Source: an uncultured Steroidobacteraceae bacterium (GTDB lineage: Bacteria; Pseudomonadota; Gammaproteobacteria; Steroidobacterales; Steroidobacteraceae). Taken from it: 64,000 bases of DNA. The DNA lies in NCBI GenBank assembly GCA_964489185.1, contig CAZAXR010000039.1, forward strand, positions 53,128 to 117,127, given 5' to 3'. This document shows positions 35,975 to 45,171 of the stretch, one piece after another. A model generated the notes under the pieces. The model saw only the letters and a list, made by a program, of their open reading frames with translations. It had not been told where the DNA came from and did not search any database. Both the position numbers and the translations under genes were made by a program. The number at the start of each line of letters is the position of its first letter. Positions within the stretch are counted from its first letter, which is position 1.

Positions 35975-37875
35975 ACAAACGCTCGACCCTCGGCGGCGGC
36001 GCCCTCCTCGGGCTCGGACTGCTGCTCATCGGACTCACGGTGGTGTTCAACTATGCGCTGCGCGGCTGGCGGCTGGATCTGACCGAGAACCGCCTGTACA
36101 CGACGGCGCCGGGCACCGATCGCATCCTCGGCAACATCAAGGAGCCGATCAATCTGTACTTCTTCTTCTCGGAGAAGACCGCGGCGCAGCTGCTGCCGCA
36201 GCTGAAGACCTACGGCGTGCGCGTGCGCGAGCTGCTCGAGGAGCTCGTCGCCCGCTCCAACGGCAAGCTGCGCCTGCACGTGATCGACCCGCAGCCGTTC
36301 TCGGAGGAAGAGGACCGCGCCGCCGAGCTCGGGGTGCGGGGCGCGCCGGTGGGCGCCGCCAATACCCAGCTGTACTTCGGTCTGGCCGGCACCAACGCCA
36401 CCGATGGCCACGCTGCGATCGAATTCTTCGATCCCAACAAGGAGCAGTTCCTCGAGTACGACGTGGTGAAGCTCATCTATCAGCTCGCCAACCCGAAAAA
36501 GCCAGTGGTCGCCTGGATGTCGACGCTGCCGATGGGGCCGGGCTTCGACCCGCAGACCGGGCAGATGCGCGAGCCGTGGGTGCTCTACAGCGAAGTGCAG
36601 CAGCTGTTCGATCTGCGGCCGCTCGATCCGGGCGCTGCGCGCATCGAGCCGGACACCAACGTGCTGGTGCTGGTGCATCCGAAGAACCTGCCGCCAGCCA
36701 CGCAGTTCGCCATCGACCAGTTCGCGCTGCGCGGCGGCCACATCCTGGCGTTCGTCGATCCGCTGGCGGAAGCCGACCCCTCCGGCGCCGAGCCCGGCAA
36801 TCCCATGGCGGCCATGAGCGCCGACAAGTCCTCGCACCTTGCAGAACTGCTCAACGCCTGGGGCGTGCAGTTCAATCCCGGCGAGGTGATCGCCGACCGC
36901 GGCCACGCGCTCACCGTGAGCATGCGCCAGGGTCAGGCGCCGGTCATGCACCTCGGAGTGCTCGGGCTCGATAAGGACAGCTTCACCAGCGATGACGTGA
37001 TCACCGCCGGACTCTCCAACGTCAACGTCGCGACCGCCGGCTACCTCGAGCCCGTCAAGGGCAGCAAGGTGCGTTTCGAGCCGCTGCTGCAGTCGAGCAC
37101 CGACGCCGCGGCGCTGCCGGTGGAGCGCTTCCGCATGCTGTTCGATCCCGGCACGCTGCTCGACGGCTTCAAGCCCACGAACCGCCGCTACACCTTCGCG
37201 GCGCGCGTCACCGGCACGGTGCACAGCGCCTTCCCCAACGGGCCGCCGGCCGGGGTGCAGCTGCCACCCGGGCAGCTCGATCTGAAGGAATCCACCAAGC
37301 CACTCAACCTGGTGGTGTTTGCCGATACCGATCTGCTGTCGGATTATCTGTGGGTGCGCCAGCAGAGCTTCTTCGGCCAGCGCATGACGCAGGCCCTGGC
37401 GAGCAACGGTGACATGGTGCAGAACGCGCTCGACAACCTTTCCGGCAGCGCCGACCTGATCAGCGTGCGCGGCCGCGCCTCCTTCACGCGTCCGTTCGAG
37501 CGCGTCGAGAAACTGCGGCGCGCCGCGGACGAGCGCTTCCGCGCCAAGGAACAGGAGCTGGAGAAGCAGCTGCGCGACACCGAGGAAAAGCTCACCGCGC
37601 TGCAGAGCAAGGGCGGCAAGAGCGCCGAACTGATCGTCACGCCCGAGCAGGAGCAGGAGATCGCGCACTTCCAGACCGAGAAGCTGCGCATCCGCAAGGA
37701 GCTGCGCGCGGTGCGCGCCGGGCTGGATGCGGACATCAAGCGCCTCGGCACCACGCTGAAGATTCTCAACATCGTTGTGGTCCCGGTGGCCTTCGCGCTG
37801 TTCGCGCTGCTCATCGCCGGCTGGCGCGGTCGCCGCCGCACGCCGCCCGCCGGCGCTACGGAGCCACGGCCATGA
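35971..37875 (+). CDS. GldG-family ABC-transport auxiliary protein (PF09822-like)
   Basis: There is an ATGA overlap with the permease. It has an N-terminal TM segment, LDLTENRLYT...INLYFFFS, a large periplasmic domain, a coiled coil (EQELEKQLRDTEEKLTALQ) and a C-terminal TM segment. Confidence 0.8.
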   Translation: MNKRSTLGGGALLGLGLLLIGLTVVFNYALRGWRLDLTENRLYTTAPGTDRILGNIKEPINLYFFFSEKTAAQLLPQLKTYGVRVRELLEELVARSNGKLRLHVIDPQPFSEEEDRAAELGVRGAPVGAANTQLYFGLAGTNATDGHAAIEFFDPNKEQFLEYDVVKLIYQLANPKKPVVAWMSTLPMGPGFDPQTGQMREPWVLYSEVQQLFDLRPLDPGAARIEPDTNVLVLVHPKNLPPATQFAIDQFALRGGHILAFVDPLAEADPSGAEPGNPMAAMSADKSSHLAELLNAWGVQFNPGEVIADRGHALTVSMRQGQAPVMHLGVLGLDKDSFTSDDVITAGLSNVNVATAGYLEPVKGSKVRFEPLLQSSTDAAALPVERFRMLFDPGTLLDGFKPTNRRYTFAARVTGTVHSAFPNGPPAGVQLPPGQLDLKESTKPLNLVVFADTDLLSDYLWVRQQSFFGQRMTQALASNGDMVQNALDNLSGSADLISVRGRASFTRPFERVEKLRRAADERFRAKEQELEKQLRDTEEKLTALQSKGGKSAELIVTPEQEQEIAHFQTEKLRIRKELRAVRAGLDADIKRLGTTLKILNIVVVPVAFALFALLIAGWRGRRRTPPAGATEPRP

Positions 37876-38942
37876 CCGCGCGCCGCGTCGCCTGGCTGCT
37901 GGGGGCGGGACTTGTAGTCATCGCGTTCGCCATCTGGCTGTCCTCGCGTCGCCACCTGGAGCGCGCCACGATGGCAGGAGACCCGGTGCTGCCGGGGCTC
38001 ACGCAGAGCGTCAACACCGTGACCCAGCTGCAGCTCACCAAGGGCGATGGGACGAAGGCGACCATCCAGAAAAGCGGCGATGCCTGGAGCGTCAGCGAGC
38101 GCAGCTGGCCGGCGGACGTCGGCAAGGTGCGCAAGCTCCTGCTGGCGCTCGGCGCGCTCAACGTGGTGGAGGAGAAGACGCGCCTGCCGGCGAACTACCC
38201 GCAACTCGGGGTCGAGGACGTCACCTCTCCCAAGGCGAGCGGTACGCGGGTGGAGGTGGTGACGCCCACGCACACCTGGGCGCTGATCGTCGGCAAGTCC
38301 TCGAGCGCCAAGTCCGGCTACGTGCGCGTGGCAGGCGCCGAGCAGAGCCTGCTGGCCGCACCGCTGCTGTCGGTCGACGCCGATCCCAAGAGCTGGCTCG
38401 AAAATGCCCTCATCGATCTGCCGGTAGAGCGCGTCAAGCAGGTTGATGTGAAGCCGGCGCAGGGTCCGGCCTTCAGCGCGGCCCGGGCCAAGAAAGAGGA
38501 TGCGCACTTCACGGTCACCCCGCTGCCCAAGGGGCACGAGCTCAGCGGCCCGGGCGCCGCCGACGCCATTCCGGCCGCGCTCGCCGCCCTGACGCTTGAC
38601 GATGTCCACAAGGGCACTGCGCCCCCGGATGCGCACCTCGTTCATTCCCTGTTTCGCGGTTTCGACGGCCTGGAGGTCGACGTCGCCGGGCGCAAGGACG
38701 GCACGCGCTCGCTGATCGCCATCAACGCGCACGGCAGCGGCAAGGACACGCAGGCGGAGGCCGACAAGCTGAACGCACGCCTTGGAGGCTGGGAGTTCGA
38801 CGTCCCCGAGTACAAGTACGCGGCGCTCTTCACCCCGCTCGATGAGCTGCTGAAGAAACCTCCGGAAGCGGCCAAGCAGGCCGCGTCCCCGGGGGCAACG
38901 AAGTCCAAGTCTCCAAAGGCGCCGGCCGCCGCGCCGCACTGA
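37872..38942 (+). CDS. DUF4340-like protein (N-terminal anchor, periplasmic repeats)
   Basis: There is an ATGA overlap with the GldG-like gene. The N-terminal TM segment is VAWLLGAGLVVIAFAIWL. The call rests on position after GldA/F/G and overall composition, with no motif certainty. Confidence 0.55.
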   Translation: MTARRVAWLLGAGLVVIAFAIWLSSRRHLERATMAGDPVLPGLTQSVNTVTQLQLTKGDGTKATIQKSGDAWSVSERSWPADVGKVRKLLLALGALNVVEEKTRLPANYPQLGVEDVTSPKASGTRVEVVTPTHTWALIVGKSSSAKSGYVRVAGAEQSLLAAPLLSVDADPKSWLENALIDLPVERVKQVDVKPAQGPAFSAARAKKEDAHFTVTPLPKGHELSGPGAADAIPAALAALTLDDVHKGTAPPDAHLVHSLFRGFDGLEVDVAGRKDGTRSLIAINAHGSGKDTQAEADKLNARLGGWEFDVPEYKYAALFTPLDELLKKPPEAAKQAASPGATKSKSPKAPAAAPH

Positions 38943-38944
38943 GC

Positions 38945-39592
38945 CTAGGCCGCAGGCACGCCCGCCAGCGCGAGCAGCTGCGTCACCGTGCGCCAGTTGC
39001 GCGCCGTGCCGCCCACACCGAGCGCGCGCTCGGCGCGCGCGGCGAGCTTGGAGCGTCCCACCCCCTGTGGCGCGTGCAGATACAGCACGGTGCCGCGCAC
39101 CACGAAGCGCTCGCTGGCATCACACAGCGGCTCGAGGCGTTTGCGTGCTCCCGTCCCCGGAGCCCGGTCCAGGAACCAAAGATGCACCCGTTCGGGCGCC
39201 GTGCGACATTGCGGAAAAGGGTTGGCGGCCGCGGCCCGTGCCAGCGCGCGCGCCGGCAACAGCATGAGAGCCGGGCGAAACCCGAAACGCGCTGCGATGG
39301 CCGCGCTGATGAGCTCCCGCAGCGCCGCAGCGTCTCGGGAACTGCGGAACACGAAGTTACCGCTCTGGATGTAGGTCCTCACCTCGCGCAGCCCGAGTCC
39401 GCCGAGCAACGCCGCCAGATCCTGCATCGGCAGTTTTTGGTGACCCCCGACGTTGACACCGCGCAGCAGCCCGACCCAGGCGCGCTCGCGCGCGGCCGCC
39501 GCCGGGCGGGTGGCGGGCAGCCGCCTCAGGGCTTCACCTGCGCGAGGAGGCCGAGCGGGCGGCCCTCCGGGTCGTTGAAGTGCGCCAGCCAT
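38945..39592 (-). CDS. DUF1697 domain protein
   Basis: VGLLRGVNVGGHQKLPMQDLAALLGGLGLREVRTYIQSGNFVFRS is the DUF1697 N-terminal signature. The only ATG (39592) overlaps the upstream gene by 67 nt, so the true start is uncertain. Confidence 0.7.
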   Translation of the reverse strand: MAGALQRPGGPPARPPRAGEALRRLPATRPAAAARERAWVGLLRGVNVGGHQKLPMQDLAALLGGLGLREVRTYIQSGNFVFRSSRDAAALRELISAAIAARFGFRPALMLLPARALARAAAANPFPQCRTAPERVHLWFLDRAPGTGARKRLEPLCDASERFVVRGTVLYLHAPQGVGRSKLAARAERALGVGGTARNWRTVTQLLALAGVPAA

Positions 39593-40158
39593 TCCTCGGT
39601 GCCGTCGGCATGGCGGTGGATCAGGTGTGGCGCCTGGGCAAACTCCACCCCGCGCGCGCGCAGGGTCTCATAGGCGGAGCGGATGTCCTCGACGCGCAGG
39701 TACAGGATGGACTCCGGCCCCGGCTTGTCGGTGGCGCTCAGATACAGCCGCGTGCCGCCGCAGTCGAAGAATGCGAACGAGCCGAACGTGTACAGGTGCC
39801 TGAGCCCGAGCGTCTGGCCGTACCAGGCCTCGGACTCCTTGATGTCGCGCACCGTGCGCGCCACCTGCGCCAGCGGGCCCAGTTTCAGCGTGGTCATCGA
39901 TAGCTCCTTGCGGGCGAGCGCGCTGCCGCGCGGCTCGCGAAACCAGCGTCGCAGCGCCGCGCGATTCGCGAGTCCGAGCTTGGCCACGGCGTTCGCGACG
40001 TGGTACTTGACCGCGTCGAGACTCACGCCGCGGCGCGCGGCGATCTCGCGGTTGCTGAGGCCGTGCTGGATCGCGTGCACCACGCGCCACTCGGTGGGTG
40101 TCAGCACGTCATCCGACGCGGGTCGACCTCTGCGGCTCCTGCCCGGCATGGGACGCAT
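39526..40158 (-). CDS. LuxR/GerE-type HTH fused to a VOC (glyoxalase/bleomycin-resistance) domain
   Basis: The N-terminus LTPTEWRVVHAIQHGLSNREIAARRGVSLDAVKYHVANAVAKLG is a GerE HTH. The C-terminus is VARTVRDIKESEAWYGQTLGL...FFDCGGTRLYL...LYLRVEDIRSAYETLRARGVEF...FNDPEGRPLGL, a VOC fold. Both lie in one uninterrupted frame. Confidence 0.7.
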   Translation of the reverse strand: MRPMPGRSRRGRPASDDVLTPTEWRVVHAIQHGLSNREIAARRGVSLDAVKYHVANAVAKLGLANRAALRRWFREPRGSALARKELSMTTLKLGPLAQVARTVRDIKESEAWYGQTLGLRHLYTFGSFAFFDCGGTRLYLSATDKPGPESILYLRVEDIRSAYETLRARGVEFAQAPHLIHRHADGTEEWLAHFNDPEGRPLGLLAQVKP

Positions 40159-40331
40159 CCTAAGCGGCGCCGCGGCGAATTACCCTCCCCCGCCTGCGCC
40201 AGCTCTTGCAGCGCAGCAACCAGAGCGTGACGGGAAGCGGGAACGTGGCGTGCCGTGCGGCAGCGAGCGGGCGTAGAATTTTTTTCGCGGCGGGAGGCAA
40301 CCCACCGAGAGAGCTTGCCAAGGAGAGGGAT

Positions 40332-40805
40332 ATGAGCGCTGTGCTACTGGCCGTATTCAGCGACTATGGGATGGCGGACCGTGTGCGTACACGGCTGGTC
40401 AGCGACGGTTTCCCCACCGACCGCGTTGAGCTGACCTCGGCGACCGACCCCGGACGCGCGGGGCTGGCGCCGGCCGGATCACCGCACGCGAGGTTCATCC
40501 AGTACTTCCGCACCCTGATGAGCGGCGCGGACGAGCAGCCGTTCGTGGAGGCGCTGGCATCGCGCGTCGAACAGGGGGTCGCCACCGTCGCAGTGCACCC
40601 GCGCGGGGACATCGAGACCCAGCGTGCGGCGGAAATTCTCGAAGATGAGGGAGCGATCGAAGTCGTCGGGCACGATCTTGCCCACCAGTCCTTCGAGCAC
40701 GCCGCCGCGCGTACCGACGGTTACTGGGTGCGGCACTTCAGGCTCGGCAACCCGGGCGGCGCCGACTGCATCTACTGCCGGCTGTTCCCCGGGCACGAGC
40801 ACTGA
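40332..40805 (+). CDS. Hypothetical protein (157 aa), YflT/general-stress-like N-terminus
   Basis: ATG 40332 follows AGGAGAGGGA. The sequence begins MSAVLLAVFSDYGMADRVRTRLVSDGFPTDRVEL. No confident family is recognised. Confidence 0.5.
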   Translation: MSAVLLAVFSDYGMADRVRTRLVSDGFPTDRVELTSATDPGRAGLAPAGSPHARFIQYFRTLMSGADEQPFVEALASRVEQGVATVAVHPRGDIETQRAAEILEDEGAIEVVGHDLAHQSFEHAAARTDGYWVRHFRLGNPGGADCIYCRLFPGHEH

Positions 40806-40850
40806 GCTCGTGCCGGGAGCCCGCGCGCGGCAGGCTCCCGGCGCGCGTAA

Positions 40851-41621
40851 CTACTGCTTATCGAGTGTGTAGGTCGTGCTCTGCCCGTGCGCGACGTCCT
40901 TATCGGTGACCGCGATGGTCTTGCCGTCCTTGGCCGCCGCGAGGCGGATCTCGTCGACGACCTTGCCCTGGCGATGATCGGTCTCCTCCACGGTGTTGTC
41001 ATCGATGCGCTTGACCGACACCGTCGTGTGACCCGGATCGCCCGTTACCGGGTATTCCTTGCCGTCGAACTTCGCGTCGTAGCTCTGCCCGTTCCAGTGC
41101 ATGGTGAAATGCTCGGGCGTCATCGAGTACTTCACGGTGCGCATGGCGTCGTTGGCCTGGATCTGATCCTGTTGCCAGGAACCTGAGACCGGGTGCGAAC
41201 CGGCCGGCCCGCTGGCGACGCGCTGCTCGGTCGTGACGCCCGTGATGGTCTGCTCGCCCACGTGGTTGGTGAACTTGCTGGTCAGGGTCTTGCCGTCGGC
41301 GGACACTGATTCGGTGATGTGCGCGAACTCCTTGTCGCCCTGTTTCAGTACGATCTCATCCGAAGCCGGGCCGGTCACTTTCACCATCGCCGCGTCGTAG
41401 TAGGGGTGGCCGCTCACCTTGTGGTCGGCGCCGTCCGCCTTGACCTTGAGTTCCGGGACGCAGCTCGAGCAGGTGTACTCGCCGCCGGCGAGCAGATATA
41501 CGTCCGGCTTGCCGCTCACCTTCATCGAGTCGAGGTTGGTCTTCCACGTGCCGTCGAACGGGCTCGTGGCCAAGGCGGCCGCAGGCAGCAGCGCGAGTGC
41601 TGACCCCATCGCGATCTTCAT
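40851..41621 (-). CDS. Secreted protein made of two homologous about 110-aa modules (lipocalin/beta-sandwich-like), hypothetical
   Basis: Signal peptide MKIAMGSALALLPAAALA|TS. Module 1 is FDGTWKT...KADGADHKVSGHPYYDAAMVKVTG...SADGKTLT. Module 2 is VSGSWQQ...KFDGKEYPVTGDPGHTTVSVKRID...AKDGKTIA. Confidence 0.6.
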   Translation of the reverse strand: MKIAMGSALALLPAAALATSPFDGTWKTNLDSMKVSGKPDVYLLAGGEYTCSSCVPELKVKADGADHKVSGHPYYDAAMVKVTGPASDEIVLKQGDKEFAHITESVSADGKTLTSKFTNHVGEQTITGVTTEQRVASGPAGSHPVSGSWQQDQIQANDAMRTVKYSMTPEHFTMHWNGQSYDAKFDGKEYPVTGDPGHTTVSVKRIDDNTVEETDHRQGKVVDEIRLAAAKDGKTIAVTDKDVAHGQSTTYTLDKQ

Positions 41622-41726
41622 GTTGTTTTCCCCTGTTGGTTCTTGTGCCGCGCCGCGGACCCGCGGCGCCGGAGGCGCGGCAGTGTATGCCCGCGCGCAC
41701 GCGATACCAACAGCCCAGTTCAGGTC

Positions 41727-43607
41727 TCAGTTGGCGCGCGGCTTCAGGGTCTCCGCCAAGGCGTCGGCACGCCCGCTGATGCGCACGAGGTGCGGGAAGC
41801 GTGGGCCCTCGAAGTACTCGACCGCGAGCGTGCGGTAGTAGTCGCCGTTCTCCACCAGCAACTCGATCGGCTTGTGGTTGTCGTGCGCGGCGGCGATCGC
41901 CGCGTCCAGCACCTCGGGCGAGTACCTGCGCCCGTTAACGGCGATGACGGTCATGCCCGGCGCCGCCCCGGCCCGCGCCGCGGCACGGGTCTCGACGCTG
42001 TCGGTGATCGCTCCCTTGTCATCCAGCGTCAGGCCGATCGACCATTCGCGATAGGTGCTCTTCTTGCGCTTCTGCCGCGTCTCAATGTAGGAGTTCTTGG
42101 CCGGTGAGTAGGTGAGCTGCCAGCCCCCACTCTCCAGGCCCGCGAGCAGCGCCTGCGGGCCGAGCGAATCGAGATGGCGCCGGATGAGCGCGCGCCAGTC
42201 GGCCGCTGCGATGCTCGTAAGCGCTGCGTACACGTCGGCCTCGATGTAAGGCTTGAGCGCCGGCTGGCCGCTGGAACCGGCGTAGAAGCGCTTCATGAAA
42301 TCATCCAGCGAGGCGTGCCCGCCCGTGCGTGCGCGCAGCTCCGCATCCACGTTCAGCCACAGAAACTCGGACGCCTCATAGAAATCGACGCTGCGGCGCG
42401 CCGACTCGAAGGCCGCCGGGGCGTCGTACAGGATCTGCGCTGCGACCGCGGTATCGGCCAGCGGACGCCAGCGGTCGCCGCTCTCCACGTCGAAGGTGCC
42501 GGCGAGGCTGGCCAGCATCTCGCGGTGGCTCTCGGGCGTGATGAGCCCGGCGCGCACCGGCAGCACCGTCCCCCAGAACTGCGTCAGCCCCTCATAGACC
42601 CACAGCAGCGAGCCGTCCATCGGCTTCTGATAGTCGGGACTCAGCAGGCCCGCCGGACGACGGTACTTGCCGTTCCAGCTGTGCACGTACTCGTGCGCCA
42701 GCAGCTCCGCCACCCCCTCGCGCAGCGCGGCGTCACCGAGTGAGTTCTCGTCCATGCGATTGTCGCTCGATTCGTGATGCTCGAGCCCGTTGTTGATCAG
42801 GTGATCGGACAGGCTCAGTAGCCAGGTGTAATGCCGGTACAGGCGCGAGCCGAACAGCGCGCCCGCTTCGGCGACCAGCCGGCCGTAACCGGCGGCGAAC
42901 TCGTCCGGGACCGTGAGCGCCGCTTCGCTGTCGGCGACGATGGAGATCGCATGCTTGAGCTGCGGCCGCGGCGGCGACCCTGGCAGTTCAATGCGTTTCG
43001 CGTAGCGGCCCATCTGCAGCGGCGAGTCGATCAGCCGCGCGAGGTCCCCCGGTTCGAGCCGCACGCTGCCGTCGGGCTGCGGCTGCAGGGCGAGTGCGCA
43101 GCTGAGGTGCCAGCCCGGCGGCGCCAGTAGCGTCGCTTCGGTGCTGATCGCGCCGGCGTCGTGCCCCTTGGGCAGCAGCACGAACTGATTCCACGGCAGC
43201 ACCGCAAGCTGCGCGCTGCTGACCGGCGCGATGCTGAACAGGCCTGCCTGGGTCGGCAGCCCGGAGTCCATCGAGATCTCCAGGCGCGTGACGCCTGCCG
43301 GCACGGTCACGCTGATGGCGTACAGGTCGAGCGGGTCGCGCCGCCAGCTGAGCAGCGCTCCATCGGCGCGGATCGTCAGCCCGATGATGGTCTCCAGCGG
43401 CCCCGAGGGTGAGTGCTCCCCGGGAATCCACTTGGGAAACACCAGCGTCAGCGGACCGCCCTGCACCGCGAGCCGCAGATCCGTGTGCACGCGGCGCGCC
43501 GCCACCTCGCGCGCATCGAGGCGCACCGTCAGATCGGCGCCGTGGGCGAGCGCACTGCCCGCCAGCAGGGCGCAGCTGAGGATCACCGACACTCGTACCG
43601 CTCGCAT
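41727..43607 (-). CDS. M61 family (glycyl aminopeptidase-like) metallopeptidase with C-terminal PDZ, secreted
   Basis: The start at 43607 gives MRAVRVSVILSCALLAGSALAHG. The zinc motif is LAHEYVHSWNGKYRRP. The PDZ-like tail is GLTLDDKGAITDSVETRAAARAGAAPGMTVIAVNG. Confidence 0.85.
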   Translation of the reverse strand: MRAVRVSVILSCALLAGSALAHGADLTVRLDAREVAARRVHTDLRLAVQGGPLTLVFPKWIPGEHSPSGPLETIIGLTIRADGALLSWRRDPLDLYAISVTVPAGVTRLEISMDSGLPTQAGLFSIAPVSSAQLAVLPWNQFVLLPKGHDAGAISTEATLLAPPGWHLSCALALQPQPDGSVRLEPGDLARLIDSPLQMGRYAKRIELPGSPPRPQLKHAISIVADSEAALTVPDEFAAGYGRLVAEAGALFGSRLYRHYTWLLSLSDHLINNGLEHHESSDNRMDENSLGDAALREGVAELLAHEYVHSWNGKYRRPAGLLSPDYQKPMDGSLLWVYEGLTQFWGTVLPVRAGLITPESHREMLASLAGTFDVESGDRWRPLADTAVAAQILYDAPAAFESARRSVDFYEASEFLWLNVDAELRARTGGHASLDDFMKRFYAGSSGQPALKPYIEADVYAALTSIAAADWRALIRRHLDSLGPQALLAGLESGGWQLTYSPAKNSYIETRQKRKKSTYREWSIGLTLDDKGAITDSVETRAAARAGAAPGMTVIAVNGRRYSPEVLDAAIAAAHDNHKPIELLVENGDYYRTLAVEYFEGPRFPHLVRISGRADALAETLKPRAN

Positions 43608-43688
43608 AAGACCTCGTCGTCGCGCGCAAAGGGTGGCGATTGTCGGGGCAAATGGCCCGCCGAGGCAACGAGTGCTAACGTCCGGAGC

Positions 43689-44099
43689 ATGCAAGCCGAC
43701 AGCTATCGCGGCGGCTGCCTGTGTGGCGCGGTGCGCTACGAAGCCACCGGCCAGCCGGAGAATGCGTGCTTCTGCCACTGCCGCAGCTGCCGCCTCGCGG
43801 CCGGTGCGCCGCTGGTGCCCTGGGCGACGTTCGCGCGGCAGCAGTTTCACATCACGCGCGGCACGCTCACCGAGCGGCGCTCCTCGGCACGCGTGTGGCG
43901 CGGATTCTGCGCCGCATGCGGCACCGCGCTCACCTACCGCAACGAAGCGCGCGCTGCCGAGATCGACGTGACGCTCGCGACCCTCGACGAGCCGGCCGCG
44001 ATCGCACCGCAGATGCACCTGTGGGTGGCGCAGAGGCTGCCGTGGATCTCGCTCACCGACGGCCTGCCGCAGTTTCCCGCCGGCAGCGGCAGCGCCTGA
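43689..44099 (+). CDS. GFA family protein (intact)
   Basis: MQADSYRGGCLCGAVRYEATGQPENACFCHCRSCRLAAGAP...GFCAACGTALTY...VTLATLDEP carries the full Cys pattern of the GFA fold (136 aa). Confidence 0.85.
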   Translation: MQADSYRGGCLCGAVRYEATGQPENACFCHCRSCRLAAGAPLVPWATFARQQFHITRGTLTERRSSARVWRGFCAACGTALTYRNEARAAEIDVTLATLDEPAAIAPQMHLWVAQRLPWISLTDGLPQFPAGSGSA

Positions 44100-44103
44100 A
44101 GGC

Positions 44104-45171
44104 TCAGCGCGCGCGCGCCAGCAACCCCACGGTCACCACGGCCAGCAGCGCCGTCGGCAGCCAGGCGAGCACCACCGGGTTGAGGTTGAACACCACCGTG
44201 CCGCTCTCGATCAGGCGCTGCAGCAGGAAGAAGCCGATGCCGAGTATCAGGCCCATCATCATGCGCGTTCCGGCGCCCGCGGCGCGCAGCGAGCCGAGCA
44301 CGAACGGGATGGCGAGCAGCACTGTGAACGCGATCGCCACGGTGCGCGCGATGCGTGACCAGAAAGCGAACAGGTATTCGCGGGTATCCAGGGCGTTGCT
44401 CTGGAAGTAGCGGATCAGGCGCCACAGCGCCCGGCTGGTGAGCTGCTTGGGGTCCTCGATGGCAAGCCCCAGGAACCCGGCGCTCACGTTGGATTCGAGC
44501 AGGCGCTGCCCGGACGGGGTTGCCGTCACGGTATCGTCCACGAAGCGCGATTCGGTGTAGTCGGCCAGCAGCCACTTGCCCTTGGCGCCCGCGGTGGCGT
44601 GCGCGGCGTGTCCCAGCGCGAGCAGGCGGTGCTGCGGCGAGAGTTCAAAGATCTGCATGCTGCCGAACTGGCGCTGGCCGGACTGCCCGGCGACGTTCAG
44701 TATCAGGTCGCCGTCGCGCACCCAGGCTCCGCTGCCGCCGCCGAAGCTGACGTTGGAGAGCTTGCTGAAGGCCTTGTGCTCGCGCGCCGCCTGCTGCAGC
44801 GGCGGGGCGAGAAACTCCCCGAGCAGCACCTCGATGATGACCAGGATCAGCCCGGCGGACAGTGCGATGCCCGCCAGCCGCCCGACCGATACACCGGTGG
44901 CGCGAATGACGGTGAGCTCGCTGCCGCGCGCCAGCGACCCCAGGCCGAGGAGCGAGCCGATGAGCGCCATGATCGGCAGCAGCTCGTAAGCAAGCTGCGG
45001 CAGGTTGAGCAGCGTGTACCAGAAGGCCGCGAGTGCGGTGTAATGCCCGGTGCCGATGTCGCTCTGCTGATCGATGAACACGAACAGCGCACCGAGCACC
45101 AGCACCACCGCCACCACCAGCAGCACCGCGCCGAGAATGGCGCGCACCACGTAGCGGTCGAGCACGCTCAC
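44104..45171 (-). CDS. lptG: LPS export ABC transporter permease LptG
   Basis: The GTG start overlaps the lptF stop (GTGA). MSVLDRYVVRAILGAVLLVVAVVL...LPIMALIGSLLGLGSLARGSELTVIRATGVS. Confidence 0.9.
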   Translation of the reverse strand: MSVLDRYVVRAILGAVLLVVAVVLVLGALFVFIDQQSDIGTGHYTALAAFWYTLLNLPQLAYELLPIMALIGSLLGLGSLARGSELTVIRATGVSVGRLAGIALSAGLILVIIEVLLGEFLAPPLQQAAREHKAFSKLSNVSFGGGSGAWVRDGDLILNVAGQSGQRQFGSMQIFELSPQHRLLALGHAAHATAGAKGKWLLADYTESRFVDDTVTATPSGQRLLESNVSAGFLGLAIEDPKQLTSRALWRLIRYFQSNALDTREYLFAFWSRIARTVAIAFTVLLAIPFVLGSLRAAGAGTRMMMGLILGIGFFLLQRLIESGTVVFNLNPVVLAWLPTALLAVVTVGLLARAR

